Origin: Eledone cirrhosa
Taxonomy: Eukaryota
Reading direction: 5' to 3'
DNA length: 64,000 nucleotides
Assembly (NCBI GenBank): GCA_964016885.1
Contig: OZ024751.1
Coordinates: 4,154,001 to 4,218,000, forward strand
Shown piece by piece: positions 13,100-24,087 of the stretch; position 1 is the stretch's first letter; every line of letters starts with the position of its first letter. The position numbers and the translations under genes were made by a program. The notes below the pieces were generated by a model, which was given only the letters and a program-made list of their open reading frames with translations, was not told where the DNA came from and made no database searches.

Positions 13100-13401
13100 A
13101 AGCATATAAACAATATGCCCCCACACCCCCCACCGCAAGGTGGTCGTGGAGGTGCCACGGCAAAAAAGCACCCAGCCCACACTGTAAAGTGGACGTGTAG
13201 GCGCCACGAAAAAGCACCCAGCACTCACTGTAAATGAGGTTGGTGTTAGGAAGGGCATCCAGCTGTAGAAATCAAGCCAGATCAGTTCCTGTATGAGCAA
13301 GGCATGGTCAGCCGACCAGACACTGCCCACAACAGGACAACCCGTCTAACCCATGCTAGCGTGGAAGAACGGACGTAAAACGGTGATGATGATGATGATG
13401 A
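13097..13401 (+). mobile_element. RTE family A 3' UTR fragment with (GAT)n tail
   Basis: Nearly identical to the reverse complement of 48280-48582. Confidence 0.92.
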
Positions 13402-13403
13402 TA

Positions 13404-14633
13404 CAGGGTGCAGACGATATCTGTTCGCAAGATTACTGTCATCATCATCATCATTTTATTTTACATCTGTTTTTTCCCTGCTTGCAAGGGTGGGACAGGA
13501 TCTGATTCTGGCTTGATTTCTACAGCTGGATGCCCTTCCTAACACCAACCTAATTTACAGTGAGTGCTGGGTGCTTTTTTGCCGTGGCACCTCCACGACC
13601 ACTTTGCAGTGGAATGATAGGGACCCCAGTCCTATCATCTCATTTCTACAGCTGAGTAAACTGGAGCAATGTGAAATAAAGTGTCTTGCTCAAGGAAACA
13701 ACACATCACCCGGTCTGAAAATTGAACACAACCTTTCGATTGCAAGGCCAATGCTCTAACCACTAAGCCATGTGCCTTGTCTAGGAAAAAATAAGACAGT
13801 AGTTTTATTTTTTAAGATTTATTTATCAAACTTGGGTCAGTTTGTCTTCATGACTTGTTCTTTCAATCTCACTCGATAAACCAGCCATTGGCTTTGATGA
13901 CGGCATCAAAGTGGCCTCGGAACCGGCTACAGGCCTTCGTCACTGTCCCCCGACTTAGGCCCCTAAAGGCACTTGTGATCCTGGCCTTCAGATCGTCTTT
14001 CGTATTGCAGCAAGATCTGTTGGTGTCTCGTTCCACTGCGCGCCACACAAAGAAGTTGAGGGGGTTGCAGTCAGGTGAGCTGGTAGGCCAGATGTCAGGT
14101 GAAGTGTGGTTGACAAAGTTCTCTGACAACCAGGCTTGGGTCTTTCGGCTGGTATGGCAGGGCGCTGAGTCTTGCTGCCACATGTACGGCCTACCTGCAG
14201 CTACCTGGTCGATCCAGGGCTTTACTACCTTCCTCAGAACGCGGATGTAGCCATTGGTGTTCAGCTTGAGGCGCTCAGGGAAGAAGTGAGGTGGCATGAC
14301 GTCACCTTGACTGCTGACGACACCTAAGACCAATGTTGCAACTGGAAACTTTGTCTGCATGACTCTGGGCACGTTTTTGGATGAAACAGCGAGCCACCTG
14401 TTCTGGGAGTTGATCTTCTGGTTTTATTTGCCGTTCCGGCGTGGATTCCAAGAAGAACTCCATATCTCTTCCACAAATTTGGAGGTTCAAAATTATTCAT
14501 AATCAATTATTGTGAAAATAAATAATGGAAATATAGTCACTGTTTTTATGAAGACAAGAGTGACAGCGGAAGTAAAAAAAATTTGCATAAAATTAGCAGT
14601 TGAAAATTGCGAACAAATATCGTCCGCACCCTG
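13404..14633 (-). mobile_element. Tc1/mariner DNA transposon, DD37D (maT) type, internally deleted; transposase remnant 13869-14372
   Basis: 27-bp TIRs cagggtgc(a/g)gacgatat(c/t)tgttcgcaa flanked by TA. In WQQDSAPCH...SSPDCNPLN there are 37 residues after the second Asp, and the third catalytic Asp is replaced by Asn. Confidence 0.93.
13439..13778 (-). mobile_element. Chimeric CORE-type SINE inserted in the mariner (tRNA head + CORE + RTE-A UTR segment + RTE-B tail)
   Basis: Reverse complement matches 61070-61370. Confidence 0.88.
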
Positions 14634-14834
14634 TATATATATCATCATCATCATACATCCGCTCTTCCCTGCTTCATCCGTATATATATGTTGTTTTTTC
14701 TCAGTGTGGTCTACCCTTGGTGGTAGGGTCCGTACTGTAGATAGAACTTAATGTAATTCGATGGCAAGTTGTCCAGTGAAATCCATAGAAAAGTTCCCTG
14801 TTTCGCTGAGTTAATTCCTTTGATACAGAGTCAG

Positions 14835-15202
14835 ATATTAGGTATTATATTAACAATGAAAATAAAAACAAGAAAATCAAGTTATTTTACTTATTGATAT
14901 CATTGTTTTACGATCATTTCGGAGAGTCAATCATATTATCTGATCTATAGCAGTTATACAACTGTATACCATCAGACCTCATGTATAGGTTTGATCAGAC
15001 CGTCTTCTTTGGATTGTTTCTGAAGAAGATGGTCTGTTCGAACCTATGTATGAGATCTGATAGTATACAGTTATATAACTGTTATAGATCAGATAAAATG
15101 TCAATATGATTGACCCTCCGAAATGATCATAAAACAATGATATGAATAGGTAAAACTTGACTTTGTTGTTTTTATTTTCATTGTTAATTTAATACCTAAT
15201 AT
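14835..15202. repeat. Long fold-back (~175-bp arms) containing a hammerhead motif at 15013-15138 (+)
   Basis: Arms atattaggtattatattaacaatg... / ...cattgttaatttaatacctaatat. Motif attgttt-CTGAAGA-...gaccctcc-GAAA-tgatca-TA-aaacaat. Confidence 0.85.
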
Positions 15203-15217
15203 ATATATAATTAAAGC

Positions 15218-15412
15218 ATCGATCGACTTTCGTCAAATCGTCGGTCTTTCCAGTTGCTAGTACTATCTATCGGTCGCAACTCCAGGTAGAAGGAGCAATG
15301 TGAAATAAAGTGTTTTGCTCAAGGACATAACGCATCGCCTGGTCCAGGAACCAAACTCACAACCTCAAGATTGTGAATCCAATTCTCTAACAACTCAGCC
15401 ACACGCCTTCAC
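15218..15412 (-). mobile_element. tRNA-derived SINE with truncated CORE and a distinct tail
   Basis: Head gtgaaggcgtgtggctgagt..gttagag. Second copy at 57957-58180. Confidence 0.8.
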
Positions 15413-15593
15413 TAATATATATATATATATATATATTAGGATTGGTGCTCTGAAATAGTGATGTATACATGAATGTATGTATAGTGTATTTGGCAATATA
15501 CCGTATGTTTAATTAAAAACATTTTGAAGACCAGACGCTATCGGTTTTAAAGTAGTGACTATGTCACTTCTTTTCAGCGAAAGAAGGGAGAGA

Positions 15594-15635
15594 AGCTAAC
15601 AGTCTGTTTCACGCTGTTTGGCGATCATCAGAGCC
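15594..15635 (-). ncRNA. Minimal type I hammerhead ribozyme motif
   Basis: ggct-CTGATGA-tcgccaaacagcgt-GAAA-cagactg-TT-agct. Confidence 0.75.
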
Positions 15636-15867
15636 ACGCACTCCCTCTTCCGCTGAAAATTATAGAAGCTGGATTCTTATAGAATTCCAGTAATAATCAG
15701 GAGCTGATTTTTCAGAGCAATTGCCGGTCCAGCAAAAAGATCATCAGAGCCACGCAATACCTAATTTTTGCTGGACCGGCAATTGCTCTGTATAATCAGT
15801 TCCTGATTATTACTGGAATTCCATAAGAATCCAGCTTCTATAATTTTCGGCGGAAGAGGGAGTGCAT

Positions 15868-15909
15868 GGCTCTGATGATTGCCAAACAACGTGAAACAGA
15901 CTGTTAGCT
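15868..15909 (+). ncRNA. Hammerhead motif, mirror copy with weakened stem II
   Basis: ggct-CTGATGA-ttgccaaacaacgt-GAAA-cagactg-TT-agct. Confidence 0.6.
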
Positions 15910-16049
15910 TCTCTCCCTTCTTTCGCCGAAAAGAAGTAAGTAACATAGTCACTACTTTAAAACCAATAGCGTATGGTCTTCAAAATGTTTTTAATTAAAC
16001 ATATGGTATATTGCCAAATATACTATACATACATTCATATATGTGTATA

Positions 16050-17420
16050 TATCATCATCATCATCATTATCATCATCATCATCGTTTAACGTCTATCTTC
16101 CACACTAGCATGGGTTTAGACGGGAATTGTCCTACTTGAGGCAAGATTGGTCGGGTGACCGTGTCTCACTTGTATAGGACAGTCTGGCAGGTTTTCTACG
16201 GCTGGATGCCCTTCCTAACACCAACCACGTTTAGACTGTGGACTGGGAGGTTTTTACCGTGTTACCTACACGGCCACATTACAGCATGAACTGTGTTTTT
16301 TTGTCGTGACACCTACAGGACCTCATTTATTTTGGACTGGATGTTGTGGTACCAATTTAACTTTACAGAGAAAGGATGGTGTTGGTGGGAGTGGGGGTGG
16401 AGTAGGGGTAGTGGGATCGGGGTGTATATTTGGTTAAGAGGTACCTACAGACTGTAGGTTCCACTTTGTACATAGGCAAGGCGGGTCTTCTCTATTACTG
16501 TGTAGCGCCAAAGATCTCGGTCCAGTGACATTGTCTTAGAGAAGTGTAAGTATGTAAGGTTGGAATTTATCAAATCGTCCCAGGTTTTTCTGGGTCTACC
16601 TACTCCGTAACTTACATCAATTTTGATCGCCCTGCACTTTTTTATACAGCTGTCGTCTTTCATATGCATCACGTGACCACACCAACGCAGTCTTCTCTCG
16701 AGTAAACAGCATCTGATCCCTCTTATTCCTAATATCTCACTTAGTTCATTTATGCTTTGCCGTTCATGTATATTACTATTACACATCCAACGGCGCATGC
16801 ATGCTTCGTTCCTCTCCAGTCTGCGCAGGTCCTTTGCACATAATGCCCATGTCTCACTGCCATGTAACATTGCTGTTTGTATGCAGGCATCATACAGTCT
16901 GCCTTTCATTTTTAGAGAGAAACCTTTAGTGGCCAATAGTGGTATAAGCTCTCTGAACTTTTTCCATACCGTTCTGACTCTGGTTACTGTATTTTCAGAG
17001 CACCCTCCACCACTGCTGATTTTGTCACCCAGGTAACGGAATGTGTCCACTATTTCTATAGGACCATCTGGGCAATAGAAGGAGCTAGTATCCTGTGGGC
17101 ACCTGCTACTTATTGCAACTGAGCATCGAACACATAAAATCTACGTTCTTAGATAGGTTATCTGTGATCCCACTACATCTTTTATGTACCCATAGTTTGC
17201 ATTTGGGATATAAAATGGAATTTTTGCCTACTCCTCTCCTACACACTGAGCATGGCCATTTCCCAGAGGGCACCTGTGCCCTATTTTCCTTTCTACATAC
17301 TGGAACTTTAGTCTTAGACAAGTTAACTTTAAGGCCTTTTGATTCTAGGCCATGCTTCCATGTTTGGAATTTCTTCTCTAGTTCAGCCATCGATTCAGTT
17401 CTGAGAGTTAGATCATCTGT

Positions 17421-17422
<2 letters not shown>
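16050..17422 (-). mobile_element. RTE LINE family C, 5'-truncated (RT C-terminal half and 3' UTR)
   Basis: ORFs 17106-17390 and 16445-17050 ([28 protein letters not shown]); (CAT)n tail at 16050-16083. Confidence 0.95.
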
Positions 17423-17495
<73 letters not shown>

Positions 17496-17566
17496 CAGGG
17501 CGTGTAAACACAGAAAATATCCTAAAAAATATAGATTCCAAAAAATTCACTGTACGTACTATATGT

Positions 17567-17647
17567 GCCTTTACCGCGGTTTCAGATCCCAAACAAATAG
17601 ATAATCCAAGCGGATTTCCATTGAGAAAGAGATCCTCGTCAGAAGGC
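17567..17647 (-). ncRNA. Type I hammerhead ribozyme motif, intact, in a partial tandem repeat (offset 206 bp)
   Basis: gcctt-CTGACGA-ggatctc...gggatct-GAAA-ccgcgg-TA-aaggc. Its 3' half recurs at ~17757-17815. Confidence 0.88.
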
Positions 17648-18714
17648 TTTTCTCTCTCGGAGAATATAAAATTCTGAGTTCAAATTACAAACTGGCGCCA
17701 TATAAAACTGCCTCAGAATGAGAATAAATGAATGATGAAACAATTTTGTCTAGTACCGTACTTACTATATGTGCCTTTACTGCAGTTTCAGATCCCAAAC
17801 AAATAGATAATCCAATATACCTTTAATATTATATATATATATATATATACATATGTGTGTGTGTGTATATATATAGGGGGGGGGGGTGTAAACTAGAGAC
17901 AATTGCTATTGGGGATAGAGATAAATGAGGGAGGCAAATGGGATTGTCAAAAGAAATTCTATTTTAGGAATATGGTTTTAGAGAGTATGAGTGTGTATGT
18001 GTGAGTGTCCTTATAAACATATATGTGTGTGTGAACATTGCCAGGAAAATCATGTATCTATGTACAGAACCCAAGAACTATTTTCAAAATAGATAGATTG
18101 AATGTGGTAAATGCCATGTTTCTGTCTGCCTTCAGTGTGCCATAAACTTTCCAAAGATCTTAGGTAAAAAAAAGAGACACCATATTTCCTTGATGGATGG
18201 ACTCTGGGAAAAGGTACAACCACCAAATTGATCCTTTCAGTCCCTGGCCTGTAGAAGAAGAACAACAACAACAAAAATCGACCATCAATACAGAAGTTGT
18301 GGAAGTTTGACAACTGATTTCTGCTTTAAGCCAAAAAATAGCAGGAATTAAAACAAACATATGTATAGAACCTCACAATGAAGAATCTTATCAGAGTGTC
18401 TTGCTTAAAAATCTACATCTAGCTAGGTGTGAAAATCGAATTACCTTTCGAACAACCCCTAGCTTATGACCTGATATACGCCCAAAGCTACGTGCTGTAG
18501 CTTCCTTAAATCACAACTCAGCACCACATGAAAGTTTTAGCATATGCAACGATGGGTAGATATAGAAATTTATTAAGTCTGGTGAGACATGGAAAAGGGA
18601 TACTAGATTTTCTGAGCATATTTTACTCACAATAGCTGGCAATGAAAAAGCTGCAGGAAACTAAACAACAACCTGCCATCCCCTATATATCAAGAGAATC
18701 TGAAATCCTGATAC

Positions 18715-21132
18715 AAATTGTTGTCCTTAAATGCTCATAGTTTATGCAACAAGATCCATCTTCTTGATTATAACATCAAAAGCATCGAGCCCGATTTCAT
18801 TACAGTAATGGAAACATGGGTGCATTCTTAACTCTGTGATGGTGTTTTTAGCATAGTTGTCTACCACTTGTTTCACAAAGACCACATTAATTGTCATGGT
18901 GGTGGTGTGGTGGTCTATGTTCATTCAAACTTTTCAGCAATTCCTTGCAATGATTTGAACCAATCACAACAAGAAGTATTTTTCTGCAATATACATAAGA
19001 CCATGTCAACACTTCTAGTTGGAGTTGTTTACCCCCTCCCCCAAATTACCATCATGACACGCAGCTTTTTGAATATCCTCAGAGCTGCTGCCAGAAAAAT
19101 AGCCACTTGTGCTTTCATTGCAGCCTCCGTCTCGGACGTGCGGTCCATTTTCCACCAGGTACAGGTGACCCCAAAGAGGATATTCTCATCCTCGTGTCAC
19201 CGATCCACCCGCCGGCCATCCGCTCCACCATCAGATCCAGGCTCCAGCAACTCAAGACCCTCACAAGCCGACTGGGCATGATTGACGGCCACCCAACCCT
19301 CTTCATGTTGAGGAACTACTTCACCATGCCAAAGCTCCTCTATACTCTTCGCAGTGCTCTGTGCTACAGCCACGCATCTCTCCTCATTGACCTCAACACT
19401 TGTATCCAAGCGGCAGCTGAGGAGATATGCAATGTCAGGTTTGACAACTGAGGAGGGCAAACTCTCCAAGTACTGGTCGCTCTCCAACAGGTTTGCGGTC
19501 GTGCCCTTGGAAGTGGAGACTTCTGGTGTCTTTGGCCCTAGGGCTACCTCTCTACTTACCACAATAGGCGCTGAGCTTGCCAGCCGCAGATGTTAGACTC
19601 GCGAGATGGAATCGCTCTTCCAGCGCATCTCCCTTACCATCCTCCAGGGAAACGCCTTCTCCATTCTGTCCGCCAGGGCTGTGGGAAGGCCAGCACGTGG
19701 GACCCTATTTGCTCATAATACAGAGAGATGGCGAGGGTGAGAGAGATAGAGGTGATGACAGTGGGAGTTCGGCTCTTCCATGTTCGGACACATTGCATCT
19801 GTCATGTGGATTATGTGATATTTTTCTAGAAATCTGTAGCATAATCCCCACATTTGTGTGTCGCTCTCGATTGTAACACTTATTAAAATGTATGAATCAT
19901 CATTACACCGAGATTGATTGGGAAACCTTTCTTTGGCCACAAAGTGCAAATGATTTCCTTGAGCTAGAGTTGGATTTGAACTGGTCCCAAGTAGTCACCT
20001 CCCTCACAAGAGGTAACAACACTTTGGATCTGCTCTTTACCACTACTCCTGAAACAGTTATTAGTATCACTATTGAGGTTGTCACTGTTCTAGGACAGCA
20101 TTCTTCACCCTATGAGATGACATCTGGTGTACCACAACAATTTGTTCATGGTTTCCTTTTGTTATTAATGACATAGATGCCACAGTGCTGAAATAAGCAG
20201 ATGATATCAAGCTGTACTTTGAGATAAAAAGGACAGATCTTTCCTGCAATCAGACCTGGACACAATGCAGCAATGGATCACGGACTGGCAACTCAAGCTG
20301 GCTGTGGAAAAGTGTACCACCATGCATTTTGGGAGAAAAAACCCAGTGTCCACATACTCCCTTCACAACACTAATATCCAGAAGTCTTCTTGTGAACGTG
20401 ACCTGGGCAGTACTGTCAGCCGCGATTTGCGTTGGACAAAGCACATATCTAAAATTGTCAAGAAAGCTGAGGGTGTCTTAGCATCACTCAGTAAGATGTT
20501 TGTCAGCTGCTCTTCAGCTATCTATTTAAAGCTGTATATAGCTAAGGTGCGTCCATATTTAGAATTTTCATCACCAGTCTGAAACCCCTATCTTGCTCAG
20601 AACATTGATCTGGAAACTGTTCAGAGACATGCAACCAAGCAAATACCCTCCATCAGGCATTTACCATACTCTGAACGCCTTACTTCCCTGAGCATGAATA
20701 CATTAAAGCCCTGACGTCTTGCAACTGACTTGGTAAACACGCACAAGATTATTAACCATCTTGCCAACAACAACCCTGAGCACCTTTTTGAATCCAATGT
20801 GTCTAACATCTGTGGACATGCCTACAAAATCAGAAAACAGTACAGATCCCATGACTTTCGGAAAGATTTTTTCACGCTCAGAGTTGCTGAAGCATGGAAC
20901 AAACTACCTGCATCAGTTGTTAGCTGTTGAGACACTGCATCCTTCAAAACTTCCATGCTGATATTCCCTTTCCATACACACACACACACATGTGATGTGT
21001 GTGTGTGTATCATGGCTCATACACTGTTCACTTTCCTGACAGTTGGATATTATCCTATATACAATACATGCACATTTGATGAGTTGTAATGCACCTGAGC
21101 ATTGTACACAATAATTTTCATTATCATTATTG
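18715..21132 (+). mobile_element. CR1-clade LINE, degenerate and internally deleted, interrupted at ~19108-19888
   Basis: APE motifs NAHSLCNK, ETW, GGGVVVYV and TRGNNTLDLLFT. RT C-terminal motifs SGVPQ, ADDIKL, WQLKLAVEKC, ERDLG, VRPYLEF and AWNKLP. att-rich 3' tail. Confidence 0.85.
19108..19888 (+). mobile_element. CRE-like (restriction-endonuclease-type) non-LTR retrotransposon fragment nested in the CR1
   Basis: GC-rich island encoding LFMLRNYFTMPKLLYTLRS, then KLSKY...FAVVPLEVETSGVFGP...LFQRISLTILQGNAFSIL, typical of the CRE C-terminus. Confidence 0.7.
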
Positions 21133-21137
21133 ATTAT

Positions 21138-21350
21138 GGATTGGCAGTATCAGTAGAGCGTCACACACCATGCTTTACAGCATAGAGTTATGGACCTGAA
21201 CGTTCTGAGTTCAAATCTCACCGAGGTTAGCTTTGCCTTTCATCTTTACAGAGTCAATAGAATAAAGTACCAGTAACGCACTGGGGTTGATTTAATCGAC
21301 TTTCCCCTCCCTTTCAAATTGCTGGCCTTGTGCCTAAAGTAGGAACAATT
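21138..21350 (+). mobile_element. tRNA-derived SINE (Meta/MESC-like domain)
   Basis: ctgagttcaaatctcaccgaggttagctttgcctttcatc...aaagtaccagtaacgcactggggttgatttaatcgac. A further decayed piece lies at ~38728-38820. Confidence 0.75.
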
Positions 21351-21854
21351 ATAATATTTAATACATACAAGATTTCCACACTTCATACTTTATTCATCAA
21401 AGATAAATTATTGAATCAAAGTGGTAAAGAAATCTTTTTTTATATTGTTTCTCTCATGACTAAAGTTGTGAATATATTATAGCAACATGTCTGAGATAGG
21501 AAATGTATTGTGTCTATGTGTGTGTAAATTCTAAAGAATTACAGGTGGGGCTATATATAAACATATAAACACAGGTGATGTATTGTAATGCTTCTATTAA
21601 ATATTAAATACTAGTTATGTTATATTATCAAATTACCTCCCTTTCATCATATTTATGCCCCTTGCTATTTACACCTGCTTGTTTCCTGTTTTATATCTCC
21701 TCCATTATTTAAACAGTTAACTTCTTTGAATTTACAATGTATTGTAATTCTGTTTCAATCCTTCTAATGTTGACTGGTATGCTTCACTTTTTACATTTTA
21801 TGTAGTTCCTATCTTCAGTGACATGTATTTTTGAATTTTATGTTTATTTTCTTT

Positions 21855-21981
21855 TGGTTCTGAAGATTAGATCGTATCTTTGTTCAATTATATTATTATT
21901 TGCTCTTATCGATTATATAATCGATAATTTTCATTTGTATGAACTGAATTCTGATATAATTAACGAAAGAATTGTAAGCCA
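21855..21981 (+). ncRNA. Decayed hammerhead motif
   Basis: tggtt-CTGAAGA-(long weak stem II)-GAAA-gaattg-TA-agcca. Stem III is one change from palindromic caattg. Confidence 0.45.
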
Positions 21982-22150
21982 TTAAATATATATTTATTCA
22001 AGAATTTGATATTGTTTTCTCTAACATTTTATTTATATTTATATATATATATCATCATCATCATCATTTAACATCTATCTATATATATATATATACAAAA
22101 GCAAGAAGTGTACATCAACAGGTTAAAATTAACTTTGTTTATTCATATTT

Positions 22151-22209
22151 GCTGTTATATATATTTTGGTGATAACCATTATTCAACAGCTATGACCTCA
22201 TCAGACAGC
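22151..22209 (-). ncRNA. Hammerhead motif with a G12A core substitution
   Basis: gctgt-CTGATGA-ggtcatagctgtt gaat aatggttatcacc-AAAA-tatata-TA-acagc. Confidence 0.7.
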
Positions 22210-22835
22210 TAGAGCTTGAACAGAAAAACATAATGATGGAACAAAGTTTACATCCGTTATTTTAATCTATGGTGTTGTTTTCTTTGACAAAAATTGCATT
22301 ATATTTTGACTTACCCTTGTATGTGTATGTATATAGAGAGAGAATAGGGTGACTGTGTAGTTGCTAGTTAAGGTAGGCTTAAAAATAGGAATAAGAAGAA
22401 AGCAAGAACGGGGGTGGGGAGTTTTCCTCATCAGTTGTCTACTGGGGATCTCGGATATTTCAACACTTTAAAGACAATATATCTACTCCCAGAGCATTCA
22501 ATAACTGGGTAAGTTATTGGGAAAACGGAGGAGGGAGGGAAGGAAAATAGAAGGGAAAAGGGAAGAAAAGAGAAAACAGCGAAAAAACAACAACAAACCG
22601 AAGAATGTGCGAGCAACATATGTATATATATATATATTGATTGCAACTGGTAAGCATAGACATCCTGTATAAGGCAAGTCACATAGGCAATGGTGTCCCC
22701 CTTTTTTAGGTTATTTTTCATAGGCAAAAATCGTACATTGAAGTTTTTTAGCTTTAAGTTACGTTTAATAAAACACACTCGCAAATATATACATACATGT
22801 TTGTATATATATATATATACATGTATATATATCCC

Positions 22836-23364
22836 TGTGATGAGTATGAGGGACGACAGCTGTATAAAAAAGTGCAGGGCGATGAAAATTGATGGAAGCT
22901 ACGGAGTGGGTAGACCAAGAAAAGCCTGGGATGAGATGATAAAAGCTGACCTTGCTCACTTACACCTCTCTAAGACAATGACACGGGATCGAGACCTTAG
23001 GCGCCATGCAGTTGTACAGAAGACTCGACTGCCATTGCATACAAACCTACAGTCAGTAGGAACCCAATGTAGGCCCCACTCCACATACCCTACCCCATCT
23101 CTCCCGTTCCGTCCACTATGTCGATGACACAACAGTCCACACTCTAAGGTGGCCATGTAGGAGACACTGTAAAAAGGCTCCCAGTACACACTGTAAATGT
23201 GGTTGGTGTTAGGAAGGGCATCCAGCTGTAAAAAAACCTGCCATAGACACTTCCGTGCGAGCAAGACATGGTCTCCCAACCATTCCCGCATCAAATGGAA
23301 CAAAATCGTCTAACCCATGCTAGCGTGGAAGATGGACGTTAAACGATGATGATGATGATGATGA
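22836..23364 (+). mobile_element. RTE LINE 3' fragment with (GAT)n tail
   Basis: VMSMRDDSCIKKCRA...GRPRKAW, then a UTR with gttaggaagggcatccagctgta and ggacgttaaacgatgat. Confidence 0.92.
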
Positions 23365-23698
23365 TATACCTATCTATCTATCTGTATACCTATTGATATA
23401 TATTTACCTATGTCTATATCTATCTATCTCTACTTAACTATATCTATGTATCTACCTACCTATTGATATCTATCTACCTATCTATCTATGTCTATTTACC
23501 TCCCTACCTATTGATATTTACCTATCTATAGAATATTTTGATAGAAGGATTTTATTTCTTGTAGTAGGTTTTCAGGTATCTGTCATTTTTTTATTTTGAA
23601 AGTTGGCTGACACCTTGTCATAGATCTAAAATTATGACATATACAATGTTTTTATAATAATTTTATTTTGAATTTTTAAATGGAATCTTAATTTTTCA

Positions 23699-23945
23699 AA
23701 ACAATGTTGCCTCTGATTGAGATGAAGCGAGAGTGTATTTGAATACATATAAAAATAAGAAACCTCATCGCTAGAACAGCCGTTAAAACAGCTAAATGCT
23801 GTCAAAGACAGCAATGTGCATTGTCTCTCTGTTGACCACTAGCTGCTGGTCTCTGTCCTCCAAGGCATTTTTGCCCATCACTTTCTTTGACAGCATTTAG
23901 CTGTTTTAACGCTGTTCTAGCAATGAGTTTTCTCATTTTTATATA
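23699..23945 (-). mobile_element. Second copy of the fold-back element at 6784-7076
   Basis: Shares arms and unique flank in opposite orientation. Confidence 0.75.
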
Positions 23946-24087
23946 TCTTAATTTTGTAAATTTATATTTTTTAAGTTGATTAAAAAAATGTTTTAATCTA
24001 TATTTTTTATTGGTTTTTGAATTAAAAAAACATTTTTTTTTAATGGATTTAAATTTTTTTTTGTTTTTTTTTCCCCCCCAAATGCAG

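Larger units (their letters stand above)
15469..16038. repeat. Long fold-back (~270-bp arms), each arm carrying a hammerhead motif
   Basis: 15469-15738 is the reverse complement of 15765-16038 with scattered mismatches. The spacer holds a partial third copy (gatcatcagagccacgca). Confidence 0.92.

Noticed and set aside
22430-22780. Complex sequence ending in aataaa, possibly an exon or a LINE 3' end
   Set aside because: No clear splice sites, protein motif or second copy in the window, so it cannot be classified.
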